Part shown: piece by piece, positions 13,831 to 27,500 of the stretch | Layout: the number at the start of each line of letters is the position of its first letter | How positions within the stretch are numbered: position 1 is the first letter of the stretch | Source: Mobula hypostoma | Taxonomy: Eukaryota | DNA length: 64,000 bases | Direction: 5' to 3' | Assembly: GCF_963921235.1 (NCBI RefSeq) | Contig: NC_086109.1 | Coordinates: 5,830,001-5,894,000 of the forward strand | Notes under the pieces: generated by a model | The model's input: the letters and a program-made list of their open reading frames with translations, nothing else | The model's database searches: none | Told to the model about the DNA's origin: nothing | Translations under genes and position numbers: made by a program

Positions 13831-14779
13831 GGTGCATGTGCCACCCATCACTGTGAAGACAGAAGGAAACTCACGCATGACAAATCCCACATCAAATTCA
13901 CAAAGAGGTTTACAAGTTCTGTTCCTGAAGTGATGTAACCAAAAGTTACCGTTAAATGGAGTCTCTGTGCCCCTAGTTTGACTGGGGCATGCCTTGCCTA
14001 TTAAGGTATTTCTTCTAAAGGATGTGGTTTGTATGATTAGCCTCATACTACAATGAATCCATAAAACACAGGCAAACTTTCATTCAAATGATGTACATTG
14101 CAGTGAAGAACTCATCCTGACTGGCCAGCATCTGGCCCAAAGCAGAAGAAAACCAAAATGTCAACATCTCTTTAGACTGTAAATTCATTTTATGCAGCAG
14201 TGTTGTGGTGTGTTTACTATCAGTTGTCAAAGGATGACTGTGGCTTTAAGGCCGTTAACTAGTTAGGTTCTGGGTCATGTGATTGACTGTTAGTTGAGCA
14301 GTTATCAGTAGAGGTCACATTGGGGATTTAGATAAGCTGTCATGTCAAATTGAACTCTTTCTTTGTAAGTGCAAGGAACCCAGATACAGTATTGCAATAT
14401 TGCAGAGGTAACAGGAGGGTCTCTGGCATGGAAAAGAGGTAGACCTGGCACTAATGCTGTATCAGTGAATCCAGAACCAAAACCCCAGGGAAATGATCAT
14501 TGTTGGATGGAAGGAGTTATCTCACCACTAAACTACCACCCCATTCCTGGTTTGGATGCTTTAGAGAGGGCTCAGGGGAGATTTATCAAAGATTAGAGAC
14601 TATGTCCTATGAGGATAGGTTGAGCGAACTAGGGACTTTCTCTTTTGGAGAGGAGGAGGATGAGAGGTGACTTGATAAAGGTAAACAAGATGATAGGAGG
14701 CATAGATAGAGTGGACAGCCAGCGACTTTTCCCCAGGCTAATGCGAGAGGGTATTAGCTTAAGGTGATTGGAGGAAAGT

Positions 14780-16013
14780 TTCATCATCATCATCATCAGC
14801 GATCACTCTTAGTTAAGAATGGTGCTTGATCTGGTCATTTGTGGGTCTTGAGATGACTGAAGAGGCCAATCCATGATCCACAAGTCCTATTGCAGTGTTG
14901 GCAGGTGTAGGCCATTGAAATAGTGGTGGATGTAGTCGGCTGGGCCTTTCCCAGTCTGTCTTTACAGTGAAGCTGCTTTGTCTCAGCGGCAGGGTGGAGG
15001 TATTCTTCGAGCTGTGCAGTCCCCTCATAGACAGTCCTTCTCCAGCTTTCCCTGTCCTATGATCATTTCTCCCACCCATTCAAGTTGATATGGCACTTCC
15101 TAAGGTGGGTCTTGATATTGTCTGCTGATTTCCCCTGCAAGAAAAAAGGTGTACCCACCCTTCTCCTCCTTCAATTGCCCCTCCTCAGCTAATCGCGTTT
15201 CAGAGGGCGGCAACGTCAGTTTGAAAACTTCTCAGCTCTCTTCAGGTGATAGCAGCACGTCTTTCAGGACGATGGCTGGACTTGCTCTCCATAGGTGTCT
15301 GCACATCTCAGACTCCAAAATTCTTATGCTTTTGTTTCAGACCGCAGTTTGGTGATCCCACTAGGCATGGTAACCCAGTCAGGAGTAAGGAGGCAGTCTT
15401 TTCTTTGGGCAGCGTTTCTAGCCCCTTCCCCATGTCGAGTGAGCAGAGCGGGTCCTGAATAGGGCTGCCCAGTCATGGGGGCAGCTGCTAAAAAGCTCAA
15501 TCTGCCTTGGTTCAAGAGCAAGGCACTGTATCTAACACCCACCACCTGCGTGCCAGGTTGTGGCTGGGAGATCCCAGCCTTCACTGCCCTGCTCCTGTCA
15601 CCACTGGGCTTTGTCCAAGTTGGTCAACTGGACTATCAAACCAGGAGAACGCCTGTGTGTCAGGTCTTTTAACATGGGGAGACTGATGCACAAGAAGCTA
15701 CCACACGATCCTTGACAGAGAAGGGGCCAAAAACCAATGGCATGGAGACCAAGATGATTGGGGCCTTCTTCTGTTGCAGCCTTCCTCCGCCTTCACAGCC
15801 ATTGTGGTGGTCCTCATAGTCCTGAGATTCCGGAGACTAATTTACCACCATCTGCCGCCTGCTCCACCATCGAGATCTTGGTTGGACTGCACTTTGTCTG
15901 GATCCTCTCCTTGACCTTACCGCCATGGGTGACCCTACCAGGAGCAAAGCTCCGGACTATATTGCTCTTAGGTTGTCCCCACCATGACAAAGTGGCAGTA
16001 CCGCAGAGAGGCA
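14780..16013 (-). mobile_element. Internally deleted RTE-clade LINE inserted in a CR1 3' fragment
   Basis: gaggaaagt TSD at 14771-14779 and 16014-16022; (tga)n tail. Minus strand has an endonuclease N-terminus (SETRLAEEGQLKEEKGGYTFF) joined to a C-terminus (DNIKTHLRKCHINLNGWE..RESWRRTVYEG). The host CR1 3' end spans about 14545-16255. Confidence 0.75.
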
Positions 16014-16899
16014 GAGGAAAGTATGGGGGGGGGGTGCGGACAGATGTCAGAAATAGATTATTTTACACAGAGAGTGGTGGGTGTGTGCAGCGTGCTACCA
16101 GGGGTGGTGGTATAGGCAGATACGTTAGGGACATTTATGAGACTCTTGGACAAATGGAGGACTATGTAGGAGGGAAGGATTAGATTGATCTTAGAGAAGG
16201 TTAAAAGGTCGGAACAACAGAGCCTGTACTGTGCTGGACTGTTGTACATTCTATGTTCCAGACAAGACACCACAGGACCAGTGCACAGTGGTCTTAACAA
16301 GGAGCAACTTTGGACTCAGCTCTCAATGTCCCAGGGTACCCAGCTGCAACAGTGAATCAGAATGGTGTACTTCAACTGTCTCCCACATTCCACTTGGTGG
16401 AAGACGCAGACATTGCAGTGCGTAAGGCCACGAATCCAATTATGCGGGTACCTTTGTTGGGCACGCGGTAAGGGGTGGTTTGTTCTTGACTGACAAGTCA
16501 GCTGAGGATCCCTGCCATGGTTAATACATGGCTCAAGGCCAGCAGGACACTAAGATGAAAGGGTGATCAGGATGTGCAGCAAATCATGTCCTTGGCAGTG
16601 ATCCAGGAAAATAAATTATTGAACAACACATTTTTGCTGCAGGAATATTGATTCAAAATATTGCTGGACAGAAAGGGATGGTAAGGAAGGCATATGGCAT
16701 TCATGTCTTAATTAATTGAGACATTAAATTCAAGTACGGGACTCTAAGTATAAGCGTGCAACATAGAACATGCAACGTGAATCATTCTGGCATCTTCCCC
16801 CTTCCATTCCAGGCCAGAAGAGAGGTCTCGATCCGAAACGTTGACTGTTTATTCATTTCCATGGATCTGCTGAGTTCCTCCAGCATTTTGTGTGTGTTG

Positions 16900-17690
16900 C
16901 TTTGTGAAATTATGTTGCAGCTTTATCAAACTCTGCTCTTGGAGTATTGTCTTCAGTTCCAGCCGGCTCAGTAGAAAAAGGACGTGGAGTCTTTGGAGAG
17001 GGTGCAGAAGAGGTTTACCAGGATGCTGCCTGATTAGAGGGCATGATGAGAGATTGGACAAACTTGGGTTGTTTTCTATGGAGCTGCAGAGGCTAAAGGG
17101 AATTTAGAAAATTATGAGAGACATAGATAGAATAGACAGTAAGTATCTTTTCCTCAGGGTCAAAGGGCATTAATTTAAGGTGAGAGGGAGATGAGTTCAA
17201 AAGAGATGAGCAGGGCAAGTCTTTTTTTTTACACAAAGTGGAGGGTGCTTGCAACGCACTGGTGAAGGCAGATAAAGGTAGGCTTATGATGGGGCAACCA
17301 GAACTGCATGTAATACTCCAGATATGATCTAACCAGAGTTTTATAAAGCTGCAACATAACTTCCCAGCTCCTGAACTCAATCTCTTGACTTGTTAAAGGC
17401 CAGTCTGCTACATGTCTTCTTAACCATCCCATCACCCTGTGCAGCCACTTTCAGGGAGCTCTGGACTTGGACCCCAATATCCCTCTGCATATCAACACTG
17501 TTTAGTGTCTTGCCATTAACATTTGGTCTCCCAAAGTGCAACACTTCACATTTGGCCTGGTTAAACTCCATCTGCCATTTCTCTGCCCAAATCTGCAATT
17601 GATGTATATCACGCTGTATCCTTTGTCCTTTACCAGGCTTCTACATTATCCACATCAAATTTTCATGTCATCTGCAAACTTACTAACCCA
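16900..17690. mobile_element. Two CR1 RT fragments in opposite orientation
   Basis: Plus strand 16900-17270 (LERVQKRFTRML..). Minus strand 17290-17690 (WAEKWQMEFNQAKCEVLHFGR..VMLQLYKTLVRSYLEY). Confidence 0.75.
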
Positions 17691-20600
17691 CCCATCTTGG
17701 TTTTTATCCGTGTGTATGTGTGTGTGTCTTGTCTGTCTATATATATCTCTCCCTGTGGAGCACTACCAGCCACGGTCAGAATAATTCTCACTGAACACTA
17801 CACTCTCATTTTGCTTGGACTTTGAAGAGACTGGGGTCTCAAACCAGTCTCAGACCGCCCCATCTACCCGCAAGAGGAATCACGGCCTCGTTCTCGTACA
17901 TCACAAATTAAAAAATGACTTGGTCTCATTAATTATAAGAAAGCAAAGTGTGGTTGGCGTGCTGTTACCAGAGTTTCTGTATTTGCTGTCACTGTGTAGG
18001 CGAGTTGTGTGTCGTTTACGCATTGAACACTTCACCTGTGCTGCAGAGGTTAAAATCTTCCATCAGCCCCTGAGGCAGCCATCATTTCCCATCAGCCCTC
18101 AGATATAACCCGTGGAAGCAAGTGGCCCTTTATTTTGGCTCAAATCAGTGCGTTTAAAATGTTTCTTGAACTTCTGCTCACTGGGCTATTCCTCAAACTA
18201 ATGAGAAACCTGCTCTGTAACTGCTTGTCTGTATCAACAATAATGAGGCGGAGACACTTGAGAGCTTCAAGTTGCTAAGGTATAAACAACACCAGCAGTT
18301 TGCCCTGGTGCAGCCACAAAGACACCATGGCCAAGGTAGCTCCGCAGCACCTCTACTTCATCCATAAGCCAAAGAAATTCACCATATCCTCAGTGCTTCC
18401 TACCAATTTTTATAGATGCACCACAGCTTAGTACAGCTATTGTTCTTCTCAACTCCGCAAGCAATTGCAGAGATGTGGACGCAGTTCGGCACATCATGGA
18501 AACCAGCCTCCCTCCCATGGACCCTCTCTATCTTTCCCCTTCCTCTGGAAAGCAGCTAACAGAACATCAGTTCATCACCCAGTCTGTCATGGACGTGTCC
18601 TTCCCCACCAGCGGCAGTACCCACAGGAGGTGCCACTAAGTCATGGTTAAAGATCCTTGCCATCCGGGACATCTTCCCACTGCCACCATCAGGCAAGTGG
18701 GTACAGAAGCCTCAAATTCCACACCAGGTTCAAGGACAGCAACCATTCAGGTTTTGAACCGACCAGCACAACCCTAATCACTGTGGTTTAACAACATTAT
18801 GCCCACCTCGCACTGAAATGGTCTCTGAGTCCCGATGAAGAACCTTGGCACGAAACGCCGACTGTTTATTCCCCTCCATAGTTGCTGCCTGACCTGCTGA
18901 GTTGCTCCAGCATTTTGAGTTTGTTGCTGTGGATTTCCAGCATCAGCCAAATCTCTTGATTTTTCGACTTAGTATTTTATTGTTCTAATCGTACTTTTTT
19001 TGTAAAAATTGTCTTTAATTTATGATTTTGTTTTTCGTGTGAATGCTGCTTGTATGATGCTGCTGAAAGTAAGTTTCTTGTTGCACCTGTGCACACTGCT
19101 ACCTGTGAGTCTGTCCAAAAAAAGGCTTGACCTTTTAACTCAGTTTCATTTTCACACAGCATTTGATACAGACAAAATCAACAGTTTTGAATAAATATAC
19201 TTTTTAATTGCTGAAATGGTGTTCTTGATTACAATGTGGTATGGTCACTGAATGTAACACAACCCCTCAGAACAGTCAGATAAACAAAGAGTAGATCATC
19301 TCGCATGGCTGAGAATGAAAAATCCAAGGAGGCATTTCAAACAGAAGACAAACTGGATTTTGTCACCAGTGCCACAGCAGCTATACAGACCTGTAAGAGT
19401 ACTGTCAGTTACTTCAGGGGAGGCAAAGACTCAAACAGCTGAACTTCCAACTTTCAAACCTGCATCTTATCACCTTCTAACTTGTCCTCTTTCCCATTCC
19501 CACCCTCCCCACCTTTTTATTCTGTTTTTTCCCTTCCTTTCCAGTCCTGAAAGATCTTGGCCCAAAACATCGACTGTTTATTCATCTCCATAGATGCTGC
19601 CTGACCTGCTGAGTTCCTCCAGCAATTTGAGTGTGTTGCTTCAGCCATGATCACCAACAAGAGTTTACACATGCACACATCAGAGCATGCAGGCAGTCCC
19701 TGTACTAACTAATCGGGCCTTGTCACTCCAGGTTCTCCACTTCAACTCTATGACTTTGTTAAAGCCACAAGTCTTTAAAATGAAGAGTAATTTATTTTTC
19801 ATACCCTTAGTCTGGTCTGGTACTCTTGGAAAACCATTCCTTCAATGGGAGCCCACCAGCCGTCATGCTCTCTTCTCGCTGCTGCCATCAGGAAGAACGT
19901 ACGGGAGCCTCAGGACTCACACCACCAGGTTCAGAAACAGTTATTACCCCTCAATCATCAGGCTCCTGAACCAAAGGGACATCTTCACTCACCCCATCAT
20001 TGAAATGTTCCCACCAGTGGGCTGACTTTCAATGACTCTTCATTTCATGTTCTCGATATTTATTGCTTATTTATTTATTATTATTGTTTCTCTCTTCTTT
20101 TATTTACACAGTTTGTTGTCTTTTGCTCACAGGTTGTCTGCCCTGTCGGTGTGGTCTTTCACTGACTCGATTACGGTTACAGGAGTTATTAGGAATGCCC
20201 ACAAGAAAATGAATTTCAGATGCTACATGGTGACATATATGTACTTTAATAATAGATTTACCTTGAACTTTTGTTTTACGAAACATTCCCATTAACTCCT
20301 CCTCTCAATGGACTTCTCTGGGATCCCAACAAGTTTCCAAATGGCACTAGACAGGAGCATGAGCAACTAAACTAATTTGGTGCCACTCGAAAGGATGGGT
20401 GCCCAAAAGCTAGGTCAGAGAGGTAGGTCTTTTGAGGCCTAGGGAAGTGGATGAGGAGGGAGAGGGGTGGTCAGGAGGGAAGGCCAGAGCTAGGGATCCA
20501 GATGGCTGAAGCTACAGCCAGCTATGGACCAATTAAATCCCAATAGGTGAGCAGATGGCACTGAAGTTAGCATTGTGGACAGTGAGGAAGGTTGCTTAAG

Positions 20601-23108
20601 GATACAGTGAATCAAAGACAACAGGCATAGAGTCATACAGCACAGAAACAGGCCCTTTGGCCCAATTTTCTGACCATGATGTCAATCTGAACTAGGGGAG
20701 AGGACGGCAAAATGAAAGAAGTCGAATATTAGATATGATTACTTGTAGGACCTGTACAGTGAAACTGGCACAGCATCATAGAGTGATGATGAACAGAGGA
20801 ACTTTGGGGTGCCCAGTCCCTTGGAAGTCACAACACAGGTCAACAGGGTGGTGAAGATGGAAGATGTCACGTTTGCCTTAATAGGTCAAGTTACATAAGG
20901 TACATCCCTCAAAGTCTAACCCTACGTCCCTGTTGTGGGAGGTGGAAATGGGCAAGGCTGGCCACCAGGGCTCCGGTGAAGCTGTCTAGGCCAATCTCCT
21001 GTACAGTGGAAGCAATAGATTGCAGAAATGTTGATGAACTCCAACCATACCATCGACTGCAGAGGACAATGGACATGCGAGGTCATCAATAGCCTATGCT
21101 CCACAGAGCAGTGAAGGGCCAAGTACCGAAGATAGAGAATATTAAGGTTAAGGAGGTTATGTGTCAACTTTACAATATGTTGTTTAGGCTGCACTTGAAG
21201 CATTGTGTGCAGATCCAGTCATTGCACGAGAGGAAGGATGTAGATGTGGTCGTGCTGTTTAAACAGCAGAGAAGATTCACCAGGATGTTGCCTGGATTGG
21301 AGGCCTTAGTTATGGGGGAAGAGATTGGATAGGGCCATGCTCGTCTCCCCCTGACGAGAGGAGGTTGAAGAGTGATCTGATAGTGGTATATAAAGTTATT
21401 AGAGGCTTAGCTAGGGTATGGTAAACATGTCAGAAAACAAGAGGGTCTAGATTTAAGGCAAGAGAAAGGAGATTTAAAAGAGTTTTGAGGGGAATGTCTT
21501 GTTTTTATATGCAGAGAGAGGTGACATCTGGAACTCGCTGCCAGAGGAGGTGGTGGGATCAGATGCAACTCTTCAGGTTTGGAGGAACGTCGAGAACGCT
21601 AAAGGAGATGTCAGAGACAGAGAGGCTGAGACCACGGAGATATCTGAAATAAATACAAGTAGTTTAAAATGGAGGTGTTGCCAGTGAGGACCAGGGAGCA
21701 GTGGAGAATGGGATGTGATGCAGGTGGGGTCAGAGGTCGGCAGAGATTTGGATGACCTTGGGTTTATAGAGAATAGAATGAGGAAATGTGCAGAACCCTC
21801 AATTCTGAGTGAACAAGTGTGGATGAGGGTTTCAGTGCATGCGAACTGAAGTGAGTCATTGAGACAATGATGTCTCATTGTAAGTTACTCAATGGATATG
21901 ACTCTGTGTTCTTGCTCATTCGCACTGTGCTTGGTGAACCATTGGTCTAGATTATCTCAGACCGGACGGAATCCCGGGGAATTTCCAGCATCCTTTCCCT
22001 TACAAGTCACCGCCACATCCTTGCCTCTCCCTGCATCCCAACCTGAGACTTCCTCTGTGCTCTGTACAATACCTCCCTTGGCAAGTTTGAGGAAGACTGT
22101 GAGAAGGAAGAGGAGTGGATCCTAGCTTTAGTTTCTGGGGCTGTGAGAGGTTTCTTTGTTTCCTGGAGTTTTACTGGAGTTCTATTTATGAAAGGTGGCA
22201 CGCAATTACTGCAGATCCCTACACTAAATTCTCCTGGAAGCCATGGTAAGTTCCAATCAGCAGGCTTCACACTCTGTACTCTCTTCGGTTTCCTGATTAA
22301 TACGAGGCTTTAGTGAGGACAGGTTTCTACTACACTTGAGGAGATGAAATGAACAGTGCAACGTGTAAAGGGTGTCCTCAGGAGAACGACTGATCATCGA
22401 GGTTCAAAGCTGGGGACTGTTTCTCCATGGTAGCGTCTCAGTTAGAAAAATGCTTTACAGCACTGGTTATAGGATTGGGGTTCAATTCCTACCAATGTCT
22501 GTAAGGAGTTTATGCATTCTCCCCGTTACCTCTTGCATTCCAAAGAAGTTCTTCACTCGGAGAGTGGTGGATGCAGGTTTGATTGCAACAGAGGGGGGGG
22601 GGGGGTGGTACAGAGGGCTTTGCTTCAGGTGCAGGTCAATAGGACTTGGCAGAATAACAGTTCAGCATGGAGAAGATGGGCTGAAAGGCCTGTTTCTGTG
22701 CTGTGGTGCTCTACGGCTCTATGAGATACAGGTTAGGGTGAGTGAACTGTGGGCGTGCTATGTTGGCGCCAGTAGTGAAGTGACACTTGTAGGCAACCCA
22801 GCACCATCCTCGCTGATTTGATGCAAACACGCAGCAAGCGTAGGTTTTGATATACAGCTACATGTGACTAATAAAGCTATTCTTTAATCATTCATTCCAC
22901 TGAGCACAGCTCATTCACACTAGACTTTCGTGACCCTGAATCGGTCCACCTTGGATTGCTCCTGCCCCTCTCAGCAATCGGTCACCCCTCAGTGAAATCT
23001 GCAGTCTACCTTAAGCAATAGCATTGAAATTTATCAATTAATAGTTTCAGCGTGCACACCCCCTCTCTCTCTCACACACACACAGTTAGAGTGGGCATCA
23101 TCATGGCT

Positions 23109-23406
23109 GAACACACCCAAAATACTGGAGGAACTCAGCAGGTCTATGCAGAGGATAAAACAATCAATGTTTCGGGCCGAGACCCTTCATCAAGACTGGA
23201 AAGCAAGGGCAGGAATCCAGAAGGAGTGGGGGGGGGGGGGCGGGGAAAGAGAAGGAAGCTTCTTCCCCGTTCCTTTCTAGTCCTGATGAAGGGTCTCGGC
23301 CCGAAACAGTGACCGTTTATTCCCCTCCACAGAAGTTGCCTGACCTGCTGAGTTTTGTACGAGTTGATCTGGATTTCCAGCATCTGCAGAATATCTTGTG
23401 TTTATG
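23109..23406. mobile_element. Penelope-derived inverted-dimer element carrying two hammerhead motifs
   Basis: Left arm (minus) cagtcttgatgaagggtctcggcccgaaacattga; right arm (plus) tagtcctgatgaagggtctcggcccgaaacagtga. atcatggct TSD at 23100-23108 and 23407-23415. Confidence 0.8.
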
Positions 23407-24016
23407 ATCATGGCTCACACTTCTCATATGAATCGTCAGGGACAGCTCAGTTCCATCAAGGTTTAGACCAGCCTTCTGACCGCTCCCCCTCCACCTCTCA
23501 CAGACTGTGACTCTGACCTGGTTTTGCCAGGAGCAGAATTACCCGTCACCATCGCATCAACTAGCTCATTAAAGGTTGCTAGGCCTAGATCATCTACAAC
23601 TAATCTTTTGAGCACTGTGTCCCTCTCTCTGAGAAGATGTACATCTTCTGGAGGGAGAAAGGTATAGTCAGGAGACTTAAAGATTATGACACTTAAAAGT
23701 TACAAAATACTTCATTGGAGTGGTAGGACAGAGAAATAGAAAAATAGAAGATCCTGACATCGTGAGGTTGAAGGAGGAATATCTAGCTAGATAATTTGGT
23801 TCAAGGCTTTAACCTTATTTTGTGGTCAATGCAAATCAGGTCTAATTAAGTACAAGGTGCAAGACTAACTCCTCACATCATAACCTGCCTTCAAGAATCA
23901 CTCACTGGCAGAGAACTTTCTATGAAGCAACTCGAGTTTCATCTAACACTAGTGTTTCACTAGATCAATCTCAAGTCCTCTTGTTCCCTCTCCACATTCT
24001 GGACATCTCAAATATA

Positions 24017-24579
24017 CACTCAGTGGCCACTTCATTAGGTACACCTGTACACCGGCTCATTAATACAAACATCTCAGCAGCCAATCGTGTGGCAGCAATT
24101 CAAAGCATAAATGCTGCCATGGTCAGGAGGTTCAGTTGTTGCTCAAACTAAACATCAGAGTGGGGAAGAAATGTGATCTAAGTGACTTTGACTGTGGAAT
24201 GATTTTTGGTGCCAGATGGGGTGGTATGAGTATCTCAGAAACTGCTGATCTCCTGGGAATTTCATGCACAGCAGTCTCCTGAGTTTACAGAAAACGGTGC
24301 GGAAAAACAAAGAACACCCAGTGAGCAGCAACTCCGTGGGCAAGAAAGCCTTGTTAATGAGAGAGGTCAGAAGAGAATGGGCAGACCGGCAAAAGCTGAC
24401 AGGAAGGTGACAGTAAGGCAAATAATAACTAGTTACAACCGTGGTGTGCAGAACAGTATCTCCAAATGCACAAAACAGCAAACCTTGAAGTGGATGGGCT
24501 ACAGCAGCAGAAGACCATGAACGTACACTAGGTGACTTTATTAGGTGCAGGAGGCACCTAATAAAGTGGCCACTGAGTT
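24017..24579 (+). mobile_element. Tc1/mariner deletion derivative
   Basis: TA|cactcagtggccacttcattagg left TIR and cctaataaagtggccactgagt right TIR. Decayed Tc1 HTH region (GARWGGMSISETADLLGISC..). Confidence 0.85.
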
Positions 24580-27500
24580 CATTTCACCAGTCCTGATTTC
24601 TAGTATTTGGTTTCAGTTGTTGCCTGGCAGATTCCAGTTCTTTAACAGAAGGGATGTGAGTTACTCTCTGACACAGCTTTCTCTCTTTGCAAGGTCTACA
24701 CTTGGCCAGAAGCTTATGAAACTCTGGAGTAGCTGAAATCTCTAAAGGTGAGGTACCATGTTACAAAAAACTGTCTCTGGTTTGTAAAAACAAAAGCAGC
24801 AAACTCCCAAATCTGTATTCTTAAACGAATGGAGATGACTATCGATTTCAGATGCTGGGTTATAAGGTAATATACAGATATAAATGGACAGTTTTTAATT
24901 AAAGCTAATTTTAGTATATCTGTCATACTGAATATTGTGTGCACAGTTCAGTGAACTTCGCTTAAAAATAAATACATCTTTGACTCAAGGCAAGTTGCAA
25001 GATTAATTCTGTGGTCAATGTATATCAGTCTGCTGCGTACCGATTTGGAGGTCTGACCAAGCGCTAGATACAAGGCTCACTCCTCACATAAATGTTTCAC
25101 CAGAAGTGAACCTGGAAAGGAAAGTGTTAATGTATGAGGAGTGTTTGATCACTCTGGAGTTGTACTTGTTGGAGTTCAGATGAATGAGGGGGATCTCACT
25201 GAAACCTATCAAATATTGGAAAGCCTAAACCAAGAGGATGTGGAAAAGATGTTCTCTATAGTGACAGCATCTAGGACCAGCCGGCATGTTATCAATAGAA
25301 GGATGTTCCTTTAGACGAGAGATCAGGGGGAACTCTTTAGCAAGAAGGTGGTGAATCTGTGAAATTCTTTGTCATGGAAGCCAAGTCATTGGATGTATTT
25401 AAAGTGGAGGTTGATAGGTTCTTGATTAGTAGGGACGTCAGAGGTCATGTGGAGAAGGCAAGAGAATGGTGTTAAGAGGGATAATAAATTAGCCATGATG
25501 GACTCGATGGCCGGAATGACCTGAATCTGCTCCCATGTCTTATGGACTTGTTCACAGTCAGCACTCCATGGTAAAGAGCACTGCCTTAGCAAGTGGATGG
25601 AATTTAACTGATTATGTTGGAACATTGTTGTTACTGTTATAGCAGTTTTAGGCATTATTTCTATTCTATAATGGATTTATTGAGAATGCCCACAAGACAA
25701 CGAATCCCAGGGTTGTATATAGTGAGATAATAAATTACTTTGAACTTGAACTTGGAACAACCTTCTGGAAAGGAACTGTGATCCCTTCCCATGGGGATAT
25801 GGTGCCTTCTGCCGTTCACAAGGTCTTTTGGAGAACACCTCACTAACTGGGGCCTTGAGGTACCGGACTGGCAAAACCACAAGAACATCATGGACTGAGA
25901 TACTGACAAATGTGTACGAGGCTTTAATATCTCCAGAATCAGAGGTGGTAATGACTATTGTCTTAGCATCCAGAACAGGATGCCAAATAAAGTCAGAGAA
26001 AAGTACAGCACAGAAACAGGCCCTTTAGCCCATCTAGTCTGTGATGAACCATTTAAACTACGGAGTAATTAAAAACAAATCTATTAATATTTATATTGTG
26101 CAATTTTATTTTAATGAGTCAGTGCTTCTGAAAAAGAGTGGCAGAAGTTAGGGCCTTGCTGCCCAGCTCTAGCATGGGAGACAGGGTGGCACCTGGGTTA
26201 GGCTCCAGTAACCTGAGTTCAGTACTGGCCTATGTGGGTTTCCCCTGGCTGCCCCGGTTTCCTCCCAAATCCCAAAGACGTGTAAGTTGACAGGTTAATC
26301 GGAAACTGTAAATGAGCCCTTAATTACCATCAAGGGAGCTGGTGGGCCAGTGCGAGGGAGAACAAATTTCAGACATACAGGGCAATAAGGAGAGGAGAAA
26401 TGGGACATGGGATGGCTTCCATGGGAGACAGCATGAGCCCAATGAGCCCAAAGGCCTCCTTCTGTGTTATCATGAGGTAGGATGTTTCTAATTCTTTACT
26501 AGGATGCTTCCAGGGTTGGCATGTTTGATGAGGATAGGTTCTTTCACCTACCAGCTTCCCAGCTCTTTACTTCACCACCACCCCCTTCCCGGTTTCACCT
26601 ATCACCTACCACCTTGTACTTCTTCCTCCCCTCCACCCCCCCCAACCTTCTTGATCCTTTTTTCCTGTCCTGATGAAGGGTCTCGGCCCAAAACATCGGC
26701 TGTTTATTCTTTTCCATGTTATGCTTCCTGGCCTCCTGGGTTCCTCCAGCATTTTGTTTGTGTTGACAGGTTGAGCGAGCTAGGACTTTTCTCTCTGGAG
26801 TGGAGGAGGATGAGAGGCGACTTGACAGGGGGCTGGAAAGGCACGATCGAGTGGACGGCCAGAGACCTTCTCCCAGGGCAGGAATGACTCCTACCAGGGT
26901 GAAAAATTTTAAGGTGATTGGAGGGAAGTATCGGGGGATGTCAGAGGGAGGGTTTTGTCACACAGAGAGCAGTGGGTGTGTGGAACAGCCTGCCGGAGTG
27001 GTGGTAGAGGCAGATACATTAGGTAGACACATGGATGATAGGAAAATGGAGGGCTATGTGGGAGGGAAGGATTAGATTGACCTTAGAGTAGGTTAAGAGT
27101 TCAACACAACATTGTGGGCCGAAGGGACTGTACTGTGCTGTAATGTTCTATGTTCTAACCACACATTTCAACAAATGTGTGGATGTTTTTTTTTTATAAA
27201 TGCTGCCCTGCCCTTTGAGCAGTTACAAGAATAAGGTGTGGTCACAATGCAGAAATAAGACTACAGAGATGAAACTCATCCAGACTTTTCACTCACAGCA
27301 ATACTCAAACCACTGGAGGAACTCAGCAGGCCGAGCAGCATCTGCAGGGGTAGAGTGCGGGTCGAAGTTTCAGATCAAGCCCCTGCTCTGTGACGCAGAT
27401 GCTGCCCGACCCACCAAGTTCCTCCAGCAGTTTGTATCTTGCTCCATATTCCAGCCTCTGTGGACTTGTTCCTGCTGACAACACACAGGTAACCATCAAT

